Made by a program: the position numbers and the translations under genes
Shown: positions 1-13,527 of the stretch, one piece after another
How positions within the stretch are numbered: position 1 is the first letter of the stretch
Layout of the letters: each line of letters opens with the position of its first letter
Source: Lama guanicoe
Lineage: Eukaryota
Direction: 5' to 3'
Length of the DNA: 64,000 nt
NCBI GenBank assembly: GCA_013239625.1
Contig: MU053629.1
Coordinates: 1,763,567 to 1,827,566 of the forward strand
The notes under the pieces: model-generated
Seen by the model: only the letters and a program-made list of their open reading frames with translations
Database searches by the model: none
Told to the model about the DNA's origin: nothing

Positions 1-3000
1 GCTGTGAGGGGTGCACAGGGGGAGAGGGAAGGGGGAAGTTTTCATAAGAAAGGAATACTGAGTATGACAGACACCATGCACAAACGGTGGGCGGTTGGAA
101 TCCCAGCAGGGATCCTTGTGAGCAAGGCAAAGAGGTAAAATTAACATCGCCAGCCAGGACAGAGGATAATAAAGAGACTTGTTCACTCAGGGAAGGAAGA
201 AACAAACCAGCCTCTCTGAGAGCTTATCATGTCTCAAGGGCAAGTTTGAAGAAGTGATCTTGGATCCAGTTGTACATTCTATGCAAATTGGGGCACTTTA
301 AAAAATACAGATGCCAGAGCCTCACCCCAGACATAAATTTGAATCCTTGGCATGTATGCATGTGTGTTTACTTGTTTTAAACCTCCTCTGTGATTCAGAT
401 GTTCTGCCCAAGATGCCAACAACTATGTTACATGTTTCCATCATAATCTCATTCAATCCTCTAGAATCAGGAGAGTTCTAGGTTCCAATCCTGGCCTGAT
501 AAGGTAGGTGGTCTGTTCTCCATTTCACACATGAGAAAACTAAGGTTCAGAGAGGTGAAGTAACTTGCCCAAGGTCACACAGGCAGTGAGTAGTAAAACT
601 GAGACTTGCCCAGGTTTGACCCCTGAGCCTGAGAGACAAATTCTTGACCGTGTATTACAGAGAGATGGTTCAGCTGCCCCAGAGATGGTCCAGCCACAGA
701 CCTTCCTGGAGGGAAGCAGCCCTGGGAACCAGGGGAATTGCAGGGCAGGCGGTGGAGCCAAGCTGGCTTAGCCAGGGCCTGGCAATGCTTCCTAGCCAGC
801 AGGGAGTAGACATCTTTTCAAAGACATGAGCAGACCCCAGAAAGGATCTTACATCAGGGCTCGGTTGAGACACCAGAAAGAATTTCACAGTCTCAAACTC
901 TGGAAACACTGCAGACATAGCTAACTCCAAAAAATATATTATAAAATATCTTTCTTATAGCTATTTTTTGAAGATTGCTACTTGGACCTGTGTTTACAAT
1001 CCCCTGTGGACACAGCCTTATCTCCACTCTATCTGGCCTCCTCGCTCTCAGGGGTAGGATCTGGGTCTTTGTACCTCTGCTTCGTTATCTGTAAAATGGG
1101 GTCAGGGACTTCTGACGTGCCTCTCATGATCAAATGGGTAACAGAGAAGAAGCTGCCCAGCCCAGCTCCTCCATGTGAGCTCTTCAGAACCACTGACCTC
1201 TGGGCTTTTAGCATAACGACGTCCATATCCACAACCATTTGCTGGGTACTTCCCACATGCCAGGCTATGTTCCTTATCTCTGTGCCAGGAATGGGAAAAG
1301 TATTATTTTGAAAGCTGCTCAGAATTGTTACCCCTAGTAAGGGAGGCAAAAGACTCCATCAAGGGGTGGGTAGGGGGGAAGGGAGGTTAGAGATGGCTTT
1401 TTGTTTGGGAAAAACTTTAAAAGGTCTTTGGTTCTGGAAAGGAGAGGCCCAAGGTCCTCTCAGGGAGAGGCTATAACAAGGACTGAAACTTCTTTATGTG
1501 AAAGAATAGGGGGTCTCCCTTGGGCGGTGAGTGTGAAGGATGGTAGCAGATCTGGGGCCTGGGGTAGGGTCCTGAGGGGCCCCAGCATCCTGGCAGAGGT
1601 CATAAGTCAGAGGAGCAGAAGTGTCTGTTACCTCACTTTAAGTTGTTTCCTTCTCTGTGCAGAAATTCCTTTCACTACCCTCACATCTTACTGGAGACTC
1701 AGTTTACCCTGCCACCTGCCTTGGTGGCGAGGAAGGCACTAGGAGATGGGCCTGAGTCCATGCCCCAGACAAGGTCATAGTGGGAGCTCTGCCTTGTCTC
1801 GATGGAGGAAGGGGTCCTTGAACCCAAGGACCTGAGGCATCAAGGAGGATGTGAGTACTCCCTGGGGAGGCTCAGAAATGCTGGGTCAGGAACAGTACTT
1901 CCTGCTGCCCTGGAATGGAATGTTCATTATTCTTATTTGGACATAAAGGAGGGGACCCCAGAAGGCTGGAAAACAACTCTATGAGATAGGGACCATCTTA
2001 GGACAAAGAAACAGAGCCTATGGGAGCGAAGCTGCCCGAGGTCCAACAGCTCACCGTAGCAGAGCCAGGATCACATCTGGGCCTGGTGGCTGCAGCGCCC
2101 AGAGCAGTCACCGCCAGGCTAGGGCCCGTCAGCCTCCTGCCCTGAGCCCGTCCACCTGCCGGGGCCCCTCCGCTGCCCCTCAGCTACCTGCCCCCCTCCG
2201 CCCCATCTCCCTGTCTGCTCCAAAAGACTAGTAGGAGCATTTGCCTCTTAGAACCTCACTGCAGACCCTCAGCAGCCAAGTTCTCCTCTTTAGCTGGAGG
2301 GCCCTGCACCCAGGGTGCCAAATAAACCTCACCTCCAGGAGGGAAGGAGAATTCCTCACCCTCCAGGCACTGTGGCCAGGCCACCGTGGCCAGCAGCTCA
2401 GGATTCAAGATTAGGGTTTGAGGCGTCAGGTTTAGATGCTGGCAGCTAGGAAGTGGCGGCAGGCAGGGAGGCAGTGCCAGCCATGGAAGGGGATTAGACA
2501 AGGACAACTGGGTGCTCAGCAGATTCCCCAGTAAACCACCACGAGCACCAAACAATGGTGTTAGCCTCCTCCCCTACTCTCTTGAGGGGACCCAAGGGTC
2601 ATAGGCAGAAAGAAAATCTTAGGCAGATCGGTACCCTGAAGACAGCACCGGACCAGGAGTCAGAAGTCATAGGTTTAACTCCCAGCTCTGACACTTTGGC
2701 AAATTAAGTTTTCCAAGCTTCAGGTTCCTCACCTGCAAAATGAAAAACACCTACCACCCCGTAGGGCTGCAAAAGGATTAAACTAGGGAACATCTTGTGA
2801 CTAGCGCAGGACCAGGTTTAGAGACGATGCACCAGCCCTGATACCCACAGCTGCCTTCCTTCTCCCAGCCCTGCACTCTCTGGAGGACAGGACTGACCAA
2901 CACGGACAGCGGTTCTGAAACTGGGCTTCCCAGAGGTTCCTCACAGGCTGGGAGATGGAGGGCAGGGGAGGGGAGGCAGGTGGACCTCTGTTCACCTCTT

Positions 3001-3109
3001 TTTCTATAACTGCACCTTCACTTTGATCTGTTTATACCCTGTTCCCCACCCCAGAATAATCTACCCTTTTAAAGTTTTGCTGCTTAAATAGTAAATCATA
3101 TTGGAGCAC

Positions 3110-3500
3110 ATCAGGAGTACACACACATTTCCCACAAAGGGCAGGTGGTAAATGTTTTAGGCACTGTGGGCCAAGAAGTAAAATCAAGGGTATTATACAG
3201 GTACTTATACAACAAAGGAGAAAACTAAATTTCCACACATTTTTAATAGATGAAATTCAAAACACAATAAGAACTGAGTTTGTTTCATTTTGTTTTGTGT
3301 GTGTGTGTGTGTGTGTTAATAATACAGATCTTCCAATGAGAAGAATGGAATTCGGAGGAGGATAACATTTTGCTTAACTGGGGTCCAAAGTTAGAGTTCC
3401 CAATCATCTAATCTACTGGAAGTGTGTTTCTGTGAAATCCGTTCTCAGCTCCAGGGCCATTCAAAACAGGGGGCAGGCTGTAGTTTTCCATCCCATGGAC
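3110..3500. mobile_element. hAT-Charlie-type element (MER58-related) containing (GT)n
   Basis: AAAGGGCAGGTGGTAAATGTTTTAGGCACTGTGGGCCA start and GGCTGTAGTTTTCCATCCC end; (GT)n at ~3296-3316. Confidence 0.6.
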
Positions 3501-4519
3501 TAGACAGTGTAGGAGCCCCAGGTTCTTGGGCTCCAAAGCCTGTTGAAGGCTGCTTTGGGGTCTGGAGCAATCCCCAGAAGAGAGATTCTGAAGACTGGCC
3601 TCTGTGGGAGGCCCTGGAAGCCGCAGGGGCTCCCATGACCCCCAGCCTGCACTGCCAGAGCCCTGGTGCTTTATTTACTACACTGAGGTGATGGGTGCCT
3701 CAGGCCCTCACGCCTACCACTGGCCTCGGGAAATCAAGCTCTCGCTTTTGCCCTCAAAACACCCCTCTTCCCAACTAGCACCTCTCAGAAAGCTTTCTTA
3801 TAGAACATTCCAGTCAGCGTCTAAAGGTAGAGACAAAGAAATGGACCCCTTTGCTGGAGTTCTGGGGTCCCCCAAAGACCTCGAATCCCCTCTACCTCTG
3901 GGCAGAGGGAGGCAACACCATCAGTCTACAGGGACTCTGGTCCTCCTCTGGTCCTGACATGGCCTCGTTTTCATCATCTATAAAATGGGAATGACTATAT
4001 TTGCCTTCCCTGCCTTGTGTTGCTATCAGAACTTCAAAGTATCCGTGAAAATGAAATAGAAATATCATGAAAAGAAAATTAAGTAGCAGAAAGAAAAAGA
4101 TTTGAATTAGGGGAAAACCACAGAAGATTTCAACCACTTTGAGTTTCCCCACTGTGAAGACATTAAGGTTATCTTTCCAAACCTTTCTTAAACTACCAAA
4201 AATACATGAAAACAACAAAAGAGTATTGGCAAAGCCATAAGGAAATAAGCACAGGCTGGCGACCTGGTAAACTGGTTCAGTATTTCTAGTTTCAACCATC
4301 ACACAAATCAGTCGCAACCTCTGACCTGGTATTCCACCTCTGGGAATACACCCAGCAGAAAAAAATGCAGAGAGAGGAAATTCAACAAATGTGTTCACAG
4401 AAACACTTATTTTTAGTAGTGAGAAACAAGAGGGAAAGTTAATGAAATTGGGGATGTTTATACAGCAGATGATTATGAAGTAAATGAAAGTATATAGACT
4501 TTTTTTTTTAAAGGCGAGT

Positions 4520-5270
4520 ATTTTTCAAAAATATCTCATCATGAATGTCAAAGAAAGGCTGAGGAACTGTTCCAGATTAAAGGAGACTAAAAAAAGATGA
4601 CAAGGAGATGCAACATATGATCTTCACTGGCTCTTGCTCAGCAGGGAGAAAAACTGCTCTGTAGAACACTGATGGGGAAATTGACAAAACTGGAACAAGG
4701 ATGATAGCTTTGATAAAAATATTATATCGGAGTGACGTGCCCTCAGTTTGAAAGTGGTACTGTGGTTATGGAAGAGAACGCCCATGCCCTTAGGAGATGC
4801 CTAATGCAGCATTTAGGAGAAAGAGGCATAATGGTCACAACCACCTCTCAAATGTCTTAGAAACAGTAATAGGTAGGTAGATAGACAGACGAAAAGAAAA
4901 AACAGAAGGAGGAAAGGAGGCAGGGGAGGAAGGAGAAAAAGGGGAGGAGAGCAGGAGGAGAGAGGGGAGGGGAGGGAGGGAGAGGGCAAGAGAGGAGGTA
5001 ACAATGTTAAAAACTGATCTCTAGAGGGGAGGGTGTAGCTCAGTGGTAGAGCATGTGCTCAGCATGCACGAGGTCCTGGGTTTCATCCCCAGTACCTCCA
5101 TTAAAAGCAAATAAGTAAATAAATGAATAAATAAATAAAGCCCAATTACTGCTCCCCAGACTTAAAAAAAAATAAACCTGCTCTCTGGATAAAGGGTATA
5201 TGGGAATTCTGCTATTCTGAAAATGTTTCTATTAAATCGGAAATTATTTAGAAACAAAAAAAAATTTAGG
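4520..5270 (+). mobile_element. L1MC-like 3'UTR fragment (interrupted by a purine tract and a SINE)
   Basis: AAAGAAAGGCTGAGGAACTGTTCCAGATTAAAGGAGACTAA...GGGTATATGGGAATTCT motifs. Confidence 0.72.
5026..5175 (+). mobile_element. tRNA-Ala-derived camelid SINE (Vic-1-like)
   Basis: GGGGAGGGTGTAGCTCAGTGGTAGAGC...GGTCCTGGGTTTCATCCCCAGTACCTCCA with Pol III A/B boxes, an A-rich linker and tail, and a degenerate TSD; nested in an L1 3' fragment. Confidence 0.88.
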
Positions 5271-7051
5271 CTAGATGGACTCTGGATACACGGAAAGGTA
5301 CACATAAAACAGTGTTGAGTCAAAAAACAATACAACACAAAATGTACAAACTGGCAATAAGTAAGCAGAAAGGAAGGTGTGTCCCCTAGATACAGGCATA
5401 TAATGGCTTCAGTTCTCCCCATACAAGACCTCCCTCCACGTCTTACGGTTTTCATAACGCAAAGCGAGCTCAATGAAACCACTGCCTCGGGGCAAGCGGT
5501 GTATACCGTGTGCCAGCTTCTGACTGAAGCGTGTGCAAGGCAGCCACTTTGTTTGAGTGGCTTTGTGCTTTGTTCTCCTAACAATGGTTGATAAAGGCGC
5601 CTCCCTCCCTCATCCATGGCCTCTGTCATCCAGGGCCCTCTGCAGTCTCCTGTCCTCCTGGCAGCCCCAGCCCTTCAACCCTCTCCACGCGCCCTCTTGC
5701 CCAAATCCAGGCCTGCTGTTGCTTGATCCCTGGCAAAGCCGTAACCTCAAGGTGATTACCTGCCACCTCCCAGATTAGTCTCTGAGGAGCTGCCCAGCCC
5801 AGGTTGATAGCTTCCTCCTCTGAACAACTGGGGCCCCGCATTAGCTCATGGCCTGTTCCAACTTCTCTTTTCAGTATCTTTTGAGGAGAGTACCCCTGTG
5901 CCCCAACTGAGCCTTCATCTCTTCTGGGGCAAGGCCGGAGCCCGAGGTCTCCTACATCCACCATGGCGCCCAGCACACAGTAGGTACCTGGAAAGAGTTG
6001 CTGGACTGTGACAATGGCCTAGAGTACACACTTGCACGTACTCATTCACACACACTAACTCACCTTTTGGAAACCACTGGCTTGTCTGGGGTGCAGCTGT
6101 GGCCCAAAAGACTTCCTTGCCGCTAACACCAAGCTGAGAGCTTCCAGGGCTCGGCATAGACAAGCTTGATGTCTCTTCATGACAAGAAAGCTCCTGGGCT
6201 TGAGAGACCAGGAGCCACTGTAAAACTTCTCCAAACCTCAGTTTTCACATCTGTGAAGTGGGACTGTGACCCAGCTCATACTGTTCTGGGAGATGGGAAG
6301 TACTCAGCACTGAGGTCGGTCACTTTCACTTTCCCAGCAGCAGGAAATATAAGCATAAGTGTGATCAGAGAGGCACAAGAATCCCAGCCCAGCGCAGCAG
6401 AGAAGTTTCTGGCTTTTGTTTCTGACTTCCTCTGAGATTTGTTGTGTTGCATGAGGTGGAATTTCCCACTTGGCTTCTCCTTGATAAGGCAGGCGGTTTG
6501 TATTTCTTGAGCCTGTTCCCTAATGTTTTGGAGACTGAGTTTCTTCATCTGTAAAATGGGAATAATAACTGATTCACAAGGTGTTGTGAGGACTAAATAC
6601 AATAATGTGTGTCCAGGAAATGGAGGTCACTTTTGTGTTTCGTTTCCCACTGTGTGTTTGGGGAATCCTGGATGTTCATGGATTCCAAGGCCTATGGGAG
6701 CTGGGGGCTTGGCTGAGATTTTCTGCCTCAGATTTAACTCCAGGCAGGTTCCAGACAGCTCTGCAGTTAACTGTGGTTAACTGTGGTGTCTGTGGGAGTT
6801 GAGCACTTATCAAGTGTAAATGGCCAGTGCTGGACACTGGCCGGGGAGGTGTAGGGGAAGTATGCAGGAGCCCAGCCTGGAGTAACCTGGGTCCAGCAGG
6901 GAGGATGACCAGGTGAACCTTTGGTGTAACATACAATATGATGACATTAGCACTTAATAGAGGTGTGGGTCAGAATATGAGGTAATTAAATCCACAGAAG
7001 GAGGTGTGGTAGGTTGGGTGGGTCATGGCAAGCTTTCCTGGGAGAGACAGC

Positions 7052-7190
7052 TGTTTTGTTGTCGTTGTTTGGGGGGAGTGTGGGGGTAGGTATGTCTATT
7101 TATTTATTTTTTAACAGAGATACTGGGGATTGAACCCAGGACCTCATGCATGCTAAGCGTGTGCCCTACCACTGAGCTATATCCTCCCCT
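7052..7190 (-). mobile_element. Vic-1-like SINE
   Basis: Reverse-complement SINE body; TSD GAGAGACAGC at 7042-7051 and 7193-7202. Confidence 0.9.
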
Positions 7191-7835
7191 CTGAGAGACA
7201 GCATCTGATCTAGACCTTAAAGGAGAAGTTTAATTTTTCCAAGAGTGAGGGAAGAGCAAGAGCAAAGAGAAGTCACAGATTTGGGGACCACTGGCCTCTA
7301 TCTCAGTGCTGTCATGATGCTCAGAATCAGAGAGCAAGTGAAGACCTGGCTTCGAAGAGTTGACAGCCCAGTACAAACAAATGTGAGATAAGCCTAATCT
7401 CATCACTGGGCAGTCTCAGGGCCTGAGCACTGCTCCTGCCCCAGGAGCTTAGCACTTGGGGAAATGTCAACTCTGAGCACATCCATGCCTCAAGCAGACA
7501 CAAAGAGGAGACGATACGCGAGCATGAGAACAGCCATAGAAAGATTAGAAGGTGGGACTCAGAAATAAAAATAGTTGCTGGGTTAAGGCTGCCAATCTTT
7601 TATTGGCTTAAACTGTCTTCTTAAAATTTTTTTATTAAAAAAAAAACTTTCAGCCAAAATAAGTCTTATAGATCTATCTAATACACAACTGTAAAAAGAT
7701 ATTCAATGTATTTCATTAAGTGAGAAAAGCAAGTTGTAGATTGTTACAGTCATGTGATCTCACCTGGGTCCACACACACACCAGCTCTACTTAGAAAATT
7801 TCCGAAAGGTAACAGAAGACAATTATCCTCAAAAT

Positions 7836-8255
7836 CTGACCTAGAGATTATCATATTAAGTGAAAAAAGTTAGACAGAGAAAGACAAATATCATATGATA
7901 TCACTTATATGTGGAATCTTAAAAAAAAAAGATACAAATTTTATTTACAAACCAATACCAGACTCATTGACACAGAAAACAAACTATGGTTACCAAAGGG
8001 GAAAGGGTTGAGGAGGGATAAATTAGGAGTTTGGGATTAATAGGTACACATTACTATATATAAAATATGTAAACAACAAGGGCCTACTGTATAGCACAGG
8101 GAACTATATTCAATTTCTTGAAATAACATATAATGGAAAAGAATCTGAAAAGAAAAAATATATAGGTATGTATAGGTATAACTGAATCACTTTGCTGTAC
8201 ACTTGAAACTAACATTGTAAATCAACTACACTTTAATAAAAATAAAATTTAAAAA
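7836..8255 (+). mobile_element. 5'-truncated, relatively young L1 3' end (artiodactyl-type)
   Basis: GACCTAGAGATTATCATATTAAGTGAA...ACAGAGAAAGACAAATATCATATGATATCACTTATATGTGGAATC, followed by ...TATAGCACAGGGAACTATATTCAA and a terminal AATAAA/A-tail. Confidence 0.88.
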
Positions 8256-8262
8256 AATTATC

Positions 8263-8421
8263 AGGGCTGGGGGACGGTATAGCTCAAGTGGTAGAGGGCA
8301 TGCTTAGCATACATAAGGTCCTGGGTTCAATCCCCAGTACCTGATTTAAAAAAAATAATAATAATAAATACCTAATTATCTCCCAGCTAAAAAAAAATAA
8401 AAATGCAATACATTAAAAAAA
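8263..8421 (+). mobile_element. Vic-1-like SINE (first of a tandem pair)
   Basis: GGTATAGCTCAAGTGGTAGAGGGCATGCTTAGCAT...GGTTCAATCCCCAGTACC with an A-rich tail; bounded by AAAAATTATC repeats. Confidence 0.88.
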
Positions 8422-8428
8422 AATTATC

Positions 8429-8558
8429 GGGGGCAGGGTATAGCTCAGTGGTAGAGTGCATGCCTAGCCTGCATGAGGTCCTGGGTTCCAACCCCAGTAC
8501 CTCCATGAAATAAATAAACCTAATTACCTCTCCCCCTAAAAACAAACAAACAAACAAA
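8429..8558 (+). mobile_element. Vic-1-like SINE (second of a tandem pair)
   Basis: GGGTATAGCTCAGTGGTAGAGTGCATGCCTAGC...CCCAGTACCTCCA with an (AAAC)n tail; bounded by AAAAATTATC repeats. Confidence 0.9.
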
Positions 8559-10189
8559 AATTATCATCATAGTCTACTTGTCGGGGTGACTTGGAGGGAG
8601 GACAGAAGGAGTTCTGCTTTTCACTCTAACTCTTCATAACTTTATGACATCTGCCATGAATTACTTCTGTGACAAAATTTTTTTAATTTAAAAAGTAATA
8701 ATACAAGCCATTTTGCTTCAGAGTTCACCTTGGAAACCCTTTTCTCAAGGACAGAGAAGCGAATCCAAACACCTCTTATTCCTGTTTCCTATAGAGCTTC
8801 GTGGCTAGACCGGGCTATAGAACCCAGCCTGGGTATATCTGAGCTCTACACATTTCCTGTAGGTTCTGGTTTCTCTCCCAAAAGAAGTTGCCCTGGCTAA
8901 GCTGCCTGTGTGGTGAGTGATCTTAACCACAGAGGACACCATCAGGAGACTCAGATCTGGCAGGCAGCTCTCCCAGGGAATTCACAGCCTGGGTAGGAAG
9001 GGTGAGGCTTGAGAACAGTGGCTCCTCCCCTGGCCCAAAGTTCCTGTCCCTACAAAAGGAGAGTCTTCAAGTTAAGCATGTAGTAGCAGTGTGCCTTGCA
9101 CACACAAGCCTCCTATACTTAGCAGGGCTTCTGGCCACTGTCTACACCAGAGGAGCTGGGGAGGGGAAGGCAGGACGTGTGGGGTAATGGTGAGGTAGGC
9201 TCTCTGAGAGAGCTGGGGGCTGTGGATAAAAGTTGAATTTACACATAGATACCTTTTTGTCTGTTTGTCTAAACCAGCACTATGTAGTTGAAAAGCCCCT
9301 TTAAGTTCTACCACCTATACTGCTGGCTGTGTGACTTTGGACAAATCACCTCCCCTCTCTGGGCCTCACCTTCCTCATCTATAAAATGGAGATTTAGACC
9401 AAATTCTTGTTGAAATCCAGTTCAACAGTAACATTTTATGATTTTATGTTTGTATAATAATCTAAGTAAAGTAATATAAGTATAGGAAAAAAGAAACCAC
9501 AGATCATTATATACTGCTTACATTAAATTACCTTGTACACTTAGACATACAGTATTTGTCACTGAGCCTGTCGGCGCCCTTCCCTGGGAAACATCAGTCC
9601 TTCACAAATGTTCACCCTTCTGACTCTGATCCTGTTACCCTACCCTAAGGTCAAACAGAAAAGACTACCTTACGATATATTCTCCCCTACCTGCCAAAAG
9701 CATTCAAATTAAAGGAAAAAATGAGTTTGTGCTTTGTGGGTCCTTAATGGTATGGTGGCCAGAGCCCTACATTAGAAGCCAGACCACCAGTCCACACCCT
9801 AGTCTATCAGGTGTTCACTGTGTGACCTTGGACAAACCACTTCCCCTCTCTGGTCTTCGCCTCATCTATAAAACAAGGGTTAGATGAGTTTCTCTTTATG
9901 AGCCCTACTCTGCTGTACGGTGGCTACCAAGGCTGGCAGAGGCCAGAAGCTGCAGGCCCACCTTTCTCCAACTGCTCTCAGAAACAGCAGGCAACCTCCA
10001 GCATCCTGAGCAGGCTGGTGCCAAAACATGAACCAGAAATTAGGTGAAATGGGCAGGGCCAGGTGGGCCCCAGCCATGCCCAGGACTCTCCAGCCAGGGA
10101 GACATACAAGGCCTCCAAAGGAACCAGAAATATGCGCTTCAGGGACCAGACCAGGGCAGGGAGTGGAGCGAAAGATTCCTTGTTTGTTA

Positions 10190-10580
10190 ATGCATACTTT
10201 TAGTTCAGAAACAATATACCTACAGGAAAATGTTCATATACATTGTATGGCTTAATATATGTATGGCTTAATATATTTTCATGAAATGAACACATCAGTG
10301 AAATAGGCACCCAGAACAAGAAACAGAACAATCCCTACCTCCCAGAAGTCCCCTTCAGCCCCCTTCCACTCACTAGTCCCTCAAGAGTAACCACTATCCT
10401 GACTTCTAGCACCACGGATTCATTTTGCCTGCCTTGGACTTTACACATGCAGAATTATATATATATGGCCTCTTGAGTCTGGCTTCCTTTGCTCCACACA
10501 ATGTTTGTGACTTTCATCTGACATTACAGGTAAAAATGAAAAATGACTCCCACTCATTTCCATTTTTGCATAGTAAGAAC
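10190..10580 (-). mobile_element. Old L1M 3' fragment
   Basis: GTAACCACTATCCTGACTTCTAGCACCACGGATTCATTTTGCCTG and GTCTGGCTTCCTTTGCTC, a typical antisense L1M 3' end. Confidence 0.75.
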
Positions 10581-13450
10581 TTAGTGAGGAGCTAAAATCA
10601 ATGAGACTGCTGAGTCTAGGTGAGAGCGCTCACAGAAAGCTGAAGAAGCAGGTTTACATACAGCTTCTCCCCAGAACAAACAACCCTCCTGCTGTTCCTC
10701 CTGCGGAGTCCCACACTGTCCTCTCCAGGGGCTCCAGAGGTGGGAGGTGGGGCCTTGACACCCCAAACTTTCTTTGAAGGCCAGAAGCTCTTGTTCACTG
10801 AACACCGGCCCTGCGCCCAGCTCTGTGAGGGACACCATGACTCAGCATCCCATTTAATCCCCACAACCATGAGGCAGCTGCTGTTATTATTTCTGTCTTA
10901 CACGTGAAAAAAAAAATCAGGCTCAGAGAGGTCAAGTAAGGTTGCACAGCTAGGAAGGGGACTCAAACTTCAAATCGTATGTCCCCACAATCCAAACCTC
11001 TCCACCACTCTGTGTTGGCAGGGAGCTTGAAGGCTGGATCTGGCTATATATCCAACCTCATCTAGCACCGTGTGTCCCCAGCTCACGTCCCCAGTCCACG
11101 TTGGCCTCCTGCCAGCAGCTCAGGTCCCAGGCTCTCCCTACCTCGGGCCTATGTCCATGCTGCTTCCATTGCCTGCACATTTGCCCTCAGTCACTGCCCC
11201 AGAACAGCCTCCCCCGGACGCCCAGTCCAAACGACAGCCCCTCTTCTCTCTCAGATCCCGTCACACACTCTGTAGTGAGTTATACTTTTGTGGTCCCTTG
11301 TTCACTTGCTTACTGCCTTTCACCACCAGTGGAACACAAGCTGCAAGAGGACAGGAATGTGCCTGTTTTGTTTGCCACTGCCTGGGACAGTGCCTGACAT
11401 GCATTACGCCCTCAATAGTATGTTACATGAAAAAGACAGGAGGAGAGAGAGCTAAGATTGAACTTTCTAAGGCCCAGCAGTCACTCGAAGGCAGCTCCAG
11501 TTCCAGCCTGATTATGACCCCAGGCAAGACCCTTCCCCTCTCTGAGCCTCAGTTTCTTCAACTGTCAGATGAGGGGGCTCATCTGACCTCTAGACCACGA
11601 ATCCTAGGACAACAAGCCATTCTAAGAGCATCAGGCCTCTTTTGCCTCTTACTCTCCCTAAGTCTAGCTAGCACTTTAGAAAAGTTGGAGGTGGAGGGTT
11701 CTCCGAGGCTCCCAGGCTGTGAGGTATACAGGGCTTTCACACCTGTTGTACGTGGGGGACCTTAAAACATGAGGTCCCTTCTAGTCCTAATAGCGCTGAT
11801 GTATGGAGCCAGAGAGAGACGGGACCAAGCAAGAATAACAGATGAATTCCCCTGGAAACTGCTTCTCCTTCCTTCTTGAGAGCCCCCCACTCAGACTCCT
11901 CAGTTCTCAGCCAACCCGACACAGCCACATCCAACGCCGCCCTTGTTATGCCTGCAGCCACCCCCATGGCCAGGCTGGAGCCCCGGGAGGGCAGAGACCA
12001 CCATGCTGTGCTCATCTTGGTACCCAGAGCACTAAGCACAGACCCTACACAGAGGGTGTGGCCAACATGAGGCCACCGAACCAAATGCCACTGGCAGAGC
12101 CTGCCCAGGTCTGCTGCTGAGGGTGGACCCGTTCGCCTTAGTGTCACCAGGGTCAGGAGAAGCACCTGAGGTGAAGAGAACCGCTTCCCACTCAGAGTCG
12201 GACTCCAACTGACCACCCTCTTCCCACCCCTTCTCAGGCCCCAGATTGTCAGTGGCTGCGGCTCAGACAGAAGGCTGAGGAGTCACCCCCTTCTGAGGAT
12301 CTCTGCAGACACTTGCTCCCAGCCCTGCCAGCCAGGACTAGCACGCCCTGAACCAGAAGTTACCGTGCCTCCCACTCTTCAGTAAGGCTCCTTTAGCTGT
12401 GAAGCTCTTTCTAGTTTGTCTTTAAACATAAAAGAAGGTAAGAGAACTGGTCCCAACCCAAGAGTTCTATCAAGGGGAAAGGCCTCCCGTTTTGCATCTT
12501 GGATACAGTGGAGGCACTAGACCCCTAGGCTTCTACTCTGCTGGGTGTGCGAAAAGGTAAGGTTGGGTGTACTGGTGAGCACGTATGAGTGTGCAAGCAC
12601 TGTGCGCATCAGAGAGAAATGACAGGTGTGCAGGTACAAACTGGACTGGCTGGACCTTGGCCATATCACTTGCTGGCTGAACAACTTTGGGCAATTTGTT
12701 TAAGAACTTTGGGCCACAGTTTCCTTATCTGAAAAACAAGAGTAAAAATAATTCCCATTCCGTGAAGTGTTGTGAGAATCAAACTCCAGGACTGGTGCTC
12801 TGGAATCATTAAAACACCACCTGAATTTTAGCAGTTGTTAGAAAAGGGAGGCAAGAAGAAAACTTTGGAAAATCTTCGTTTCTGTCCAAACAGGAACTAC
12901 CTTCAGATTTGAGCTCACCCCCGGCTGTGTCGTGGGTTTAGCAAACCTGAAAACGTAACCCAGTAACTCAGATCCCAGGAACCCTCAAGACCAGGCTCGT
13001 GTGGCTTGTCACTCAATGCAAATGTGTTTTCAGGAGGATTACCTCACCTCCCATTCAGGCTCTGAGCTTATGAAACAAAATCCTGGGAGCCGTGGAGAAT
13101 CCCAAGTGGGATTCGCAGAAGAAAACCAACAAGTCAGGTCTCAGCTGAGCCTGGGTAGGGCTTTGGGAGAAAATTCACAGGAAAACCAAAAATCATTCAG
13201 ATTTGCCCTATCAGCCAGGTTATACCTAGAACTCAATGGTTCTAGTCCCTTCTGCTGACAAATCTTTATTTACAGAGAGATGATTACTTGCAGAGCTGCC
13301 CGTGAGGATGAATAAACCTCGGGATTGTTTTTAAAGTTTTCCACAAGTCTTGAGACGAGCTCATGACCCACAAGATGTACTGACAAGTGCACCATGTGAA
13401 GCGTGACCTCGGTTCACCTTGTGTTCCCTGCACCTCTCACAGCCACTTAC

Positions 13451-13527
13451 CTCCCCAGCTCCTCCCCGATGTCGTAAAAGTCCTCCACCTTCTGCTGCTT
13501 GAACATCTCCATGTTTGGACTCCTCAT
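13451..13527 (-). CDS. DAPK2: Death-associated protein kinase 2, coding part of first coding exon (exon spans 13451-13548); remaining exons lie left of the window
   Basis: Translates MRSPNMEMFKQQKVEDFYDIGEELG+S(AG), the recognisable DAPK2 N-terminus leading into the kinase Gly-rich loop. Acceptor ttcccatttcag at 13549-13560 and donor AG|GTAAGT at 13450. Confidence 0.95.

Noticed and set aside
8429..8506. tRNA-Ala-like cloverleaf sequences (this and the other copies)
   Set aside because: They have extra 5' G-rich leaders, A-rich tails, TSDs and stem mismatches, so they are SINEs rather than tRNA genes.
11070..11765. Longest ORF in the track (231 aa)
   Set aside because: It has a GTG start, no recognisable domain, overlaps L2- and MIR-like sequence (KTLPLSEPQFL is the MIR core), and is antisense within the DAPK2 intron.
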